A stretch of DNA of 64,000 nt from Syncephalis fuscata S228 (taxonomy: Eukaryota > Fungi > Zoopagomycota), in NCBI GenBank assembly GCA_025786725.1, contig JAHLTZ010000010.1:62001-126000 (forward strand). The letters run 5' to 3'. The notes beneath the pieces were generated by a model. The model was given only the letters and a program-made list of their open reading frames with translations. It did no database searches and had not been told where the DNA came from. This document shows positions 52,979 through 64,000 of this stretch, in pieces. The stretch's first letter is position 1. The number at the start of each line of letters is the position of its first letter. The position numbers and the translations under genes were made by a program.

Positions 52979-55900
52979 GATGGATGTGTGCGTCAGTGTA
53001 TGCGTATATGTGGGTGTGGGTGTATGCGTATTGGATGGAATGAATGAAAGTCTGCGTCAACGTCTGCACGTGTTTATGGAGCGGAGAACGAGAGAGAGCG
53101 CGCGCGCTCAAGCAATAGAAACAAGATAGATAAAGAATTAGAGAAAAGGGCTGGTTTAGCTTGCTGTTTGCGGACAGTCGAAAGGCGAGAAAAGGATAGG
53201 TGAACACAGCTCGATCGGGGATTGGTGGGAATCCATAGCGCAATGAAGCTGATGGCTGTTGTTGTTGACCACACTAAACAACAACACTCTGACATGTATC
53301 AAATTACAATAATCATTGTAGGATGATTAATACACCTGTTACAATAACAGCAGCTAATACTGATGATACATATGCTTATTCGCTCGTTTACTCTTATGGC
53401 CCGTTTTCCCGCTCTATTGACACGCCTTACAACAGACGTAAAAGCTTTTCACATTCACCTAGGCACCCACACAAAGATAATGACTCCGTCCGCATGCTTG
53501 AAAGACAATCAATGGATTGACCATCAAATACCACCCTTTCAATGTCCGCACAAGCCCCGACAGACCTGCAAACTACTACGTGTTACTCTTGGCACGTATG
53601 TGCGCTTACATGCCAAAGTAGTGCAATTGGACCTTGCCTGCCAGGTCCTTTCTGGCTATGCCTTTTGACATTCACAATTGGCAGTTCCTGCAAATGGAAA
53701 GGTAAATGGAAAACGGGCAAACGTGCTTTGACAAAACAAATCATCATTACTGCCGTGGACGAATAAGCGCGACTGTACACGCCAGAACTCAAACAGTCTA
53801 AAACAACCAAAAGGCTGACCTTGCTCTGGCCAGCGCCGCCATCACCGCTGCTCTTGTCACATTAACATTATCGCAAGGAGGAATTATTGTTCATCGGGGC
53901 GATGACGGTTATACAGCCGTGTCAAAGATTGCGCGCATATAGCAAAATGAGATTCTTGTGTAAACCTTGCCTCGGTTCTACAAGGCCAGCCAGCTTCCCC
54001 GCCATATGCGGAGAAGATTAAGCAAGGCGAACTTACCTAATGGGAGACGGCCACTATGAAGAATACGAATCCTTGAACGACAAGAGCCGAGGTAAAATTG
54101 GCGATAGTACTACTTTACAGGTCAGAACTGGTTATTAGCCTATACACGGATGTCAATGTAAACAAAAGACGTAGCGATGTCAAATAGGACTGGTTAGTAA
54201 AATGTACAGCTGACTCTGTGCCACCCTTTTCCATTTACTCCTATTCTTAGATTTGTCTCCGTTCTATCGCACATCTCTATCCATTGTTCCTTCTTAGTTT
54301 CAGCATTCATAACTGCATACGCACGTGCTAATAAACTCAAAGAAACTATGAAATGGCAATTTTCGAGCCAATAATCATATATCGCTTGCAACTCGGTTAT
54401 ACAGATCAAGGCATAATGAGGTAAGCATAAACGAATATAAATTGCATGTAACACATGTTGCGCACAAGTACACGGCTACCCACACGATGTTGCTGAATCC
54501 AAGGCTATGATATCGAATGTTGGATAACAAGTTTGTACAAAAGTGAATAAACTTAATAAATACTTGTATCAAACTTAAATATTTATGTAACTAATAAAAG
54601 TGTTGATAATTGGCTTGAGGCACTTTGTACAGTGCACATAAGCAATACATATCACCGGTTCCTATTTTTCGTTTTCAAATGTATGACCGGTCTTTTAATA
54701 GACTGTAATGCGCTGCAAACACCTACAGCTAATACTCAGCTGTAGTCAACCAGTATTAATGGTCGAACTATGAATAAACTAGCGTAACACCAATCCATGC
54801 TTATTATATTCATACTGAGTTCTAAATGTATCTGTATATAGCTAGACATAGATACATATACAACTCTATATACCTATAACAATAGCACTGCAATACTACA
54901 TTGTTTGACGACCACATCGCCAAAAACAAGCACACCGGCGTACAAAGCCATTTAAGTTGCAACTCAATGATATGCACGCAAAAAAACAAGCCTATAGCAC
55001 TAATCCAGACCTTTAAACACATATTAAATACAATAAAATACCTTTTCAATCGCTTAATAATAAACACTAATAATAGTGAGATTGAATAGAAAAGTAAAAG
55101 TAAAGAGATGGTTATTCGTTTTCATCAACTAGCAAACGTATCAACTGTGCTTAAATGAATCGCAGTATTTAAGGATTGCAAACAGTAAGCAGAATAAAAC
55201 AATAAAGTACACACTTGTCAAGCAGTCAAGGTGCAGAGCGGAGTCACTTCAAATAAGTCACAGCAAGGAGACAATTTTCCTTCGAGAAAAAGTAGAATTG
55301 AAATGTTGACCAAAGATGGAAAAAGGTATGCTGCTCATCAGGCATGGGAATGTCCAAAGAATGAGCGTGTTGCTGTTATGCAGGTGAGCACACACTTACT
55401 CACTCACCCAGCTGTTTACCCAACTATTCATCCATCTATCTACTCATTCGCTCATTCGTTCCATCTATACTTGGTGTTTCATTGAACAAACGAATGCGCC
55501 ATTTGCAAATTGCACACAGAATAAACGAGTTAGGAAGGGCAGATCATACCGGATAAAGGAATCAAACACATGATTGTAAATCAGCCGGTTGTATTATAAT
55601 CTTTCATAGTCATTACTGGAGTAATGAACAGCAATATACAAATGGCTCACTATGGCCACTCATATCTTCATGTACAAAAGCGCAGTAATAGACTGATGAT
55701 ATTCAATAAGATAATAAAATGGCATCTAATGTTACATGTAGGTATCATGCATATTAAAACGAGTTATCGTACAGACAAGACTTCATCGATGATAAGCGAT
55801 AATCAACTCCTTGATATATTGTGTACAACAATGAACTGCATTGCTACACATGTACAAGAGCAAGTAAGGATGGAACATTATGAATGCGTGATAAAAGTAG

Positions 55901-57928
55901 ATAATTAAGAGAGAGAGAGAGAGAGATTGAGCAATAGTGATAGATAGCGATAGATTAATAATGCAGGGCATTATGATCTTCGTACTTCATAGAACTACAA
56001 GTCATGGCATTTACACGTCGTCACTGTATGACATGTAAAACGAGCATTACAAAGGAAGTACAAACTAGCGTTACATCATCTAGTACTTAGACCTACCTTG
56101 TACAGTGACAATAATCGATCAACGGCCGTAGTAAAGACAAAAGATACAAATATACGTTTGTAATATAAGTCAAAGCAACGAATCCGCCTGTTACGTTGAC
56201 CAATATGACGCTATACTATACGTATATACAAATAAGAGACAAATGGTATAGATCGAAGGATATTGCAGTGATTATTATGAAATAAATTCAACTAGCAACC
56301 ATAAAAGAATTGTGATAGAATGAAATGGGTTTTCAAAGTGAGTTTACAACAAAAGTAAGCAAGACAGTAAGCGAGTGAGCGAGTAAGTGAAAATGAGAAC
56401 AAGTAAGAAGCAGATAGAAAGAATCAATGGACAGTGGCCATACAAGTCAAACAAGAATAGACAAGAACAAGTAGGAAAAAAAGACGGGGACACTAGTCAA
56501 TACGCTTACGCGGCTGCAAAGTACGCCATCCTACCGTTATTGGCTTTCAACAAACGAACACCGACTGACCGACACTGGACTGGTTTTTCTCCTTGGCTGT
56601 ATGGTCAATGGTAATGGAAGGGTGTGAGTGTGAGTGTACTCATTCACATGTAAACAGCCTTATTACAACTATTGCCAAACCCAGTCTGTTAAAAAACAAA
56701 GCCCCGACTGAATAGTCCGTAGAGATAAGGCCACCAATGCTATCATTGATTATTCAGTTACAGCTGCTCCCGCTATCAATGTTACCACGGTAAGCATAAG
56801 CAATAAACATTTTATTCTCATTGTGCGCGGCATACAGCTTGTCGATACGCGGACAATGATTACTGGAACAGTCACGGTAGCTGTGTCGCATCTTTCTTCC
56901 TTACTTGTCATTTCTATTTGTGGTATGGATCCACGGCCTGCATGTAAGCTTTCTAGTGTTTTCTGTCACATGGAGCCGTCAATGACATTCATTCGTTTGC
57001 TCTCGGCTTTGTCGTCGATAGGCTGTATACACAATAAACAGCTTACATGGTTATATGCACTGTTTCGTACATGTGTACCTATTTGCATTGCATCTATTGT
57101 TCTATCTACCGTATTGCTTTCTATCGGTTCTGTCGTTTCTGTTTATCTTTCTCTTTATCCATCTATCTGTCGCTACGTTCTATGCTGCCCCATTCAATTG
57201 TCCGCCACCCCTGCGTGATCACAAATGATAGCCGAGGTGCTCGGTGAAACAAAGGATGCCGACCGTCGTACGGCAAAAGTTAATAATTATCCAATGATTT
57301 GGAAAGGCTGGCCAATATGTTCAAAAATAGCCATCACCATGGTTGTTTCTGTAGAAAGGCGCTGATGATGTGGCCATCGTGGCCTTTCGGTGCCTCATCG
57401 AGTGAAACGAGTGCCTCAGTAACCACGCATTAACCGAACTTGATACCGTGCATCAATAACAAGCAATGAATGAATACAGCACCTTTCCATCATGGAATAC
57501 ACATCGGTGAAACGATAACAGTATAGCCACTATGATAGTAACGACACTGGCAATAGCTATCATACGGATGATGCCCATAAAATGGCCATGGACACGCACA
57601 AACCATGAGTCTAACCACGTAACGTGGACTAACAGCTGGTAACTCAGCTATCTGTTTGTTCACGTCCTATTTCGTGACAGCCTAGGCCTTTGATGCTCAG
57701 TTGAATGGACACGTGAACAGAGAAAAAGGAAAGATGGTCTGTTTGAATAGAGTGATACCGTGAGTAATCGAACTTCATAACCGTTTTGTTACAAACAATA
57801 AAAATGTGTTTGTACGTGGGAACATAGTGAAAAAAGGAAATAGATTGGCAAGCCAAGTTATGTCTATTACGTATAATAAGAAATAAAGACATTTATTATA
57901 ACTATACTGATGAGCAAATAACAGCAAA

Positions 57929-59763
57929 TTAGTTTTGCACCACCTTGCTGTCTCGGTATTGTGGATAGGTCACACTGAACTCGTGACGAAGCATGGCATA
58001 GACTGTGTCGATGAGTAACAATATCTGTCCGAGTGCATGTACCAATGTGATGGCAAAGTAAAAGTTGGCATTGCCCGTACCAACATTGATCCAGATGTGG
58101 TAGAAGACGACCGACAACGCACCGGTAAATGCGTATATTTGTGTGATAAGATAGGAATAGCGATAGTCTATAGAACAAGTATGGTTCATTATAGTTAATA
58201 TTATAGTAATCAACCACCATTCGTGCTATTCATTCCTGTGTGTTGTTAAGTAATAGTTAACTTACATGGCAAAAGTTCAGTGAATATCGGAATAAAGGCC
58301 AAATGAAGAGCTGTATCGCCAAAGCTGGGATAAGATTTAAAGGTCGACATAATACCGCAGAGACTGAAAATAATGAACAATGGAAATTTTCTACCATAGA
58401 TTATTGTTGTTGTGATTATTATTAACCTGTTTGCACTAATTAAACAACTAAACTTACCGGAAACGATAGCTCATAGGAACGGCATAGACAAGTGCGTTCA
58501 TTTGGAAAACAACCAGGAAGAAAGCGCGGAAATGATCAAACATTTCCATGAAATAATACCAGAATAGCCCGACATTAGGCGTTAGATCAGGCACTTTAAG
58601 GCTATATACATAGATATTTTCGTTAGACTGATGCATCCTATAATAAGCTATAAATGTATATTTGTATATTTACATAACGCCATAAGTTGTTTCTAGAAAC
58701 TCCCAAGAACCCATTAGTATTCTTGACGATAGCAGTAGTAGCAATGACCATGCAATAAATAGTATTGTATACCAGCTAAATAATATCTATATTCTATATA
58801 AATAATTGAATTGTATGGCAGTTATTATTGCCGCTATTACCTTGATTGGTGCATTGGGTCGTGTCTTGGATATTAATAGCATAATGGCTGGCAATAGCAT
58901 TATTGGATAAAAGTCTAGATAGCTAGCAAATGCCAGTGAAGCAATTGCTGCAACACCATTGCCTAATTATAATCATAAGTAACATTGCTATTATATTGTA
59001 TACTTGTCTATTACCTTGCATTGCCAATCCTATTGAAGAAAGCAGTGACAAGTGAGCAAAACCTAGTGTTGAACGGGCTAGACAGCTTAGAACGGTATAA
59101 GGATTAAATAAATATCTATCATAGAACAATTTAGAAATTAGTGTTTGCAATATTACTACTATTCGGTTATTAAACATACAGTCCAGCTGCTAAAAAGTGC
59201 CAACAATCTTTGGATGGTTTATAGACTGTCTTTTGCTTTGGTATGTCCAGTAAAGACTTATACTCGCTTATTTTCAACAGCCAGTAACCACAGGCTAAAT
59301 CTATAAGAGGGAAAATAAGCCATTTACTAATTATTGGTAGACGGTCGAGTAACGCAAATGCTACAAGTAATAACGGGGCCTAATTAACATAAATTAACAC
59401 ACAAATATATACAGCAATAATCAATTTTAATTGATACCAATTGATATTAATTGATATTAATGTAAATGGATTAATTACCTGGTGGGTGACACCGCCATCG
59501 TATGGCGAAATATCATGTTGATATAAAAACACGCCTTCTTTTACTATAATACATATAATAATAGCATTAGACAATATTAGACAATAGTTATTGGTTTATT
59601 TCCTCTCATATAACCTACATCGATGATAGTTAGTCAGTGGTGTCGATAGCTCGATACGCTGTGAAATGCTATCCAGTATGCTATCAGGAAGAAATACAAA
59701 CAGGCCAGCTCGCAGCAGTAGTGCGCTGGCAAAGACTGCGGCCGTGAAATAGGTAGAAGGCAT
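57929..59763 (-). CDS. GAB1: GPI transamidase subunit PIG-U (Gab1), about 8 introns
   Basis: RIELSTPLT, KEGVFLY...SPYDGGVTHQAPLLL, YLFNPYTVLSC, DLTPNVGLFWYYFMEMFDHFRAFF, FKSYPSFGD, GTGNANFYFAITLV. Confidence 0.92.
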
Positions 59764-60034
59764 GCTGTGACGCTATACCAGCAAATGTATATACGGCTTG
59801 GTCGGTCGTAGTTACAGACTAGGGCGATGAGACGAGATTATAACAATAAGCGCCAAAGTAGAAAGAATCAATATTGCTGACGTTGGGTGGCGGTCAATTT
59901 CCTACTTTGGCCTATTTCGATGGTTAGCCCCTTAGATCAGTTATTGTTTTTTTTCTTCGTCGCTGCATGCACCTTCAGTTACGTCTTTTCTTTAAGCTTA
60001 ACAAACGGCCGATCCTATAAACATTAGTATCAAT
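59764..60034. promoter_or_regulatory. Divergent promoter region shared by PIG-U and PRMT5
   Basis: 271 bp between head-to-head ATGs. Confidence 0.5.
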
Positions 60035-62268
60035 ATGTCGAATGTCTTACGTGTAGGTTTAGAGGTTGACGCGAAAAGCTCCCCCGAACTAGGCCACCTA
60101 ATAGAAACAGCACTAGGCCATGGCTACGACTACGTTACAGCCTCTTTAACAAATAGTAAGCGTCGACCTGTAATGCAAATAAATCAAGAAGGTGGCAGTG
60201 GCAAGAAGAACAATAGCAACAGCGCTGCAATGCAAAACTTGCCAGAAAATCGCGCGTTTAATCTTGACGAAGTAGTGCTGGATCGTGTCGACTGGGCCGC
60301 TTCAGTGGTTGGTCGACATGCAGCGTGGGCCGCACCAACATCGGAGGATACACCAGCGATGCATGCAACAGCAGAGATGACGTTACAGCGTGAGACAGCC
60401 TGGGCTGCCCATCTTGGTCTATCGGCTATGATACTTGCACTACCTGCGCTACTTACGGACGTGCCAGACATCGCTCGCTATGTTAATCAGATTACAGCTA
60501 CACCTTCTTATACGCAGCTATGGATTCATACGAGTATGGCGAGTGCAATCCATTCAGAAGGCACCGATCCGGTTATTGACGAAGATGTTTCCTGGGAACG
60601 TTGGAGTCTTTTACGTCTATTATGTGGCCATCATGCGTCGGCGTCACTTTGTCTTGAATTGACGACCGATCTACCCGAAGAGTCGAAAATTGCTCGCTGG
60701 CTATCCGAGCCGATTGTTGCCATTGTATTGCCTGATTCAGTCTGGTTACAGAATGCAAAAGGCTTTCCTGTGTTAAGCAAGCTGCACCAAGCACTTCTGC
60801 ACCAAGTATTAAAACGTTCAGTAGATGTAATTATTCGTACAAATACACCCATTGCTGAGACACGTGTTGCTCATTATCAGCAGTATATTCGTCATTTGGC
60901 GCAAAATCCACCGCCGCTTAATGCATGTGAAGCATTTGCCGCTGGTTATCAGGACTATTTACAAACACCATTGCAGCCACTAATGGACAATCTTGAATCA
61001 TCGACCTACCAAGTATTTGAACAGGACCCGATCAAGTATGCCCAGTACGAAGAAGCTGTCTACCAAGCTCTGCTCGATCGTGTACCTCAATCGGCTGCAT
61101 CCACTGTTACTACTACGATTATGGTGGTTGGTGCCGGCCGTGGTCCATTGGTATCGCGTTGTTTACAAGCAGCCAGCCGTGCAGAACGATTAGTACGCGT
61201 ATTTGCCATTGAAAAGAACCCAAACGCCTATGTTACACTTCAAAAGATGAATAAAGAAGTATGGGCGGGTAGTGTTACGGTCGTTTGGACAGATATGCGT
61301 GAATGGGAAACGACCGAACGAGCCGATATTCTAGTTAGTGAACTATTGGGCTCATTTGGCGATAACGAACTATCGCCTGAATGCCTTGATGGTGCTCAAC
61401 AATTACTAAAAGGTAGCTAACTGCATTATTAAATAGTAACGAATAGTATATATACTAATACTTGATCATCATAGCTGATGGTATTTCTATTCCGGAATCT
61501 TATACCTCTTATATTGCACCACTTAGTTCGGCAAAACTGCATAAAGAAGTTGCCAGTCTAAAATCAAAAACTCAATATGAAACACCGTATGTTGTTTTAT
61601 TCAGTGCTGTTCATCAAGCGGCCGAGCCACAGGCCACCTGGACATTCGACCATCCATTAAAGGATCCTAAAACACAGCAAATAATTGGTAGGTATTTTTA
61701 CAATACATCTATTTATTTTAATCCTATAACTAATATATATTACGCTTTCTAGCACCGCGAGCAGATAATATGCATAATATACGCTATTCGTCCAATACAT
61801 TTACTCTGACACAAGCTGCAATGATCCATGGCATTGCCGGTTATTTTGACACAGTACTCTACAAAGATGTCACACTTAGTAAGTAAATGATTATATTTGA
61901 CTTTTATATATCAATATTTTATTTTTTATAGGCATTCTTCCTTCAACTGCATCGGATGGCATGTTTAGCTGGTTTCCTATTTTATTCCCGGTTAAGGTAA
62001 TGAATCCACCCTATAATACATTTATGGCAGTTAACACTTTATTCCTATTACTTGTATTATTACAGGTTCCGCTTTATGCACCAGCTGATACCATTGTTGA
62101 TGTACACTTTTGGCGTAGAACCAATTGTAAAAAACTTGGTATGAATGGAGTGTTATGATTTATGAGCCCATCGCGCCATCTTTCAATGTAGCAACGTCAC
62201 GTCGTCGTCTAATTACCGCTTCTTCTATTCATAACACAAATGGCGAGATGTCATGGATTGGATTATAA
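60035..62268 (+). CDS. PRMT5: Protein arginine N-methyltransferase 5 (Skb1/Hsl7 type), four introns
   Basis: TIM-barrel motifs WAAHLGL, RWLSEP, NAKGFPVLSK; YQDYLQTPLQPLMDNLES..YQVFEQDPIKY; VVGAGRGPLV; DILVSELLGSFGDNELSPECLDG; MFSWFPILFP; TAA 62266-62268. Apparent 1-bp deletion near 62130. Confidence 0.95.
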
Positions 62269-64000
62269 ATACCATTCGTGCGTTTTTCTTTTTTCTCTTT
62301 ATCTGCACGCTTCTTTAATTGATTAAAATAAATAAGGGATAAATACAAAAATATTAACTAGCATTAAATAAATTAATAATGTATATTCTATCCTATAAAA
62401 TAAACATGGAACTGGGTGATGAGCGACATTAATTAATAACATTCCATTCATGTACCAATACTGCTGTGTATTATGCTATCATATACTCTAATATACTTTC
62501 ATCAAAGCCGTGACTATAAGACTAATGCTGGGCAGGTATTTAGTGCACATTGCTTACTATGGAATAATCATGAATTACTTTATAATTGCTCAAGCATAAG
62601 AAATGTGTATAGATATATTAAAATAGAATTATAAGTATTACTGAACGTGACATGGTGTAATCGTTAATGTTTACACTACTACGATGACCAGCTAACTGCC
62701 CTTCTTACATATCACTACAACATCGACAAAGAAATAAGTATATGTCATTTTTAATACTCTATCAATCAATTGTAAATATGTTTATTTACTTGAAAATGCC
62801 ACAGAACATTCCTATTTGATATATGTTTTCAGATATCAAGTGTCTACTAAAAAGTAAAATGCAAAACTAAAATCAATCAGTTGTAATTATATATAGATTA
62901 AATGTAAATGATACTTAATATCAGATATGCTACGTACAATAGACATATGTAAACTATTCAAGTATTTTCAGTTTGTTAGTATAGAGATAAATATAACAAT
63001 AGTATTACAAGTATAAATAAATGTAAAGTCAGTATGATATATATAAAGCATTGTAATTGTTTATTATTATTGAAGGTGTGTAGATATACTAACATAGCAA
63101 TCGACCAAATAAGTAGACAAAACAATCATATAAATAGAAATAAACCGTGTATTATAAATATTAGAATATACACAAGTGACTTGAATAATACCATTATATG
63201 TTATTACAGCTACGTGTATTGTATAAATGGTCTGTTATTGTTTCAGTCATGTACACGCGTTATTAATACGCGACAATCATGGTGGTGGCGTATTTATGAA
63301 AAGTAAACACAAGATCACGTGTTATGTGTCTATTTGTTGTTGTGATCACGCCGTTCAGTTCATCGGACTATTTACCGGTTTAGCAAAGGTACACGGACCG
63401 TTTAATATTCATGTCCGATGCAGGCCTGTTTTGGTTAGTGAGATCGTATTGAGCTGCATGAGTACAGGAAGATACTACATGTTGTATATACAAATATCGA
63501 TACAAATACTCGATCATATAAACTACTGGTGTGTGAGTGTAAGATAATTGAGTGACGATTTACTGTGTAAAAAGCCGCGCAAGATCAATCTGTAGTGCTC
63601 TATAACACTTTCTGTCTTGTTTGTTTATTCTGCTCCATCTTTTCACTTTACTACAATTTTGTAGCTTTTTTATTTAGTTTAACAGACAGTTCGTAAGGTA
63701 AGCAAATGCTGCGTCTGCGTATACGTTTATGTTTGCGTTGATTAATGGATGGTGCTATGACTGCTGTGCCAAGTTGTCCTGTTGCGTAACACTTTGCACT
63801 GTGCATGCTTTGCTTGTTTACTTTATTCAACCGCGTATTGCATCCTTGGCACTTGTTTAAGATTATTCATCCGCTTAAACTGAATAGTTTGGTTTGTTAT
63901 ACTGTGCTAGTGTTTGCGTTTCATATACTGTTTACATGGTGTTAATTACATAGTGTATGCTTTTGTTATAGCCAAAGTAGTTCAGTATGACTACACCATT

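Noticed and set aside
52256-57928. Canonical Ndt80 MSE (gNCRCAAAW) autoregulatory sites
   Set aside because: Only partial CACAAA/CGCAAA cores without the upstream G were seen, no more than expected by chance.

Overview
Gene-dense, intron-rich eukaryotic DNA with short (~50-90 nt) AT-rich GT/GC-AG introns and fungal-type proteins, most likely from an early-diverging fungus (Zoopagomycota/Mucoromycota-like; inference). About 19 protein-coding genes are supported: an uncharacterised PIP-box/SIM-like protein running off the left edge, TRAPPC13, SEN54, PRMT3, MTHFR, an MFS monocarboxylate-type transporter, a secreted S1/P1 nuclease, RPS30, ketopantoate reductase, a C-terminally anchored membrane protein, a SMAP-domain protein, a CDF zinc transporter, eIF1A, myosin II heavy chain, a Rad53/Chk2-like kinase, a very large neurobeachin-like gene, an NDT80/PhoG-family transcription factor, PIG-U and PRMT5. 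Many genes carry 1-bp deletions, mostly in short base runs, that look like long-read consensus errors. The most unusual items: (1) a neurobeachin/NBEAL-like protein that stops before any PH-BEACH-WD40 module; (2) a Rad53-like kinase with apparently three FHA-like domains, all lacking the canonical phospho-Thr-binding Gly-Arg; (3) a 1.6-kb asymmetric foldback element with TTAA ends beside an intronless secreted S1/P1 nuclease with an altered nucleoside-binding site, inside an AT-rich island; (4) twin 48-nt exons each encoding a PCNA-binding-like motif; (5) structured RPS30 introns; (6) at least five GC-AG introns. No rRNA, tRNA or CRISPR array was recognised. Exon boundaries were placed by eye, and no database searches were run.
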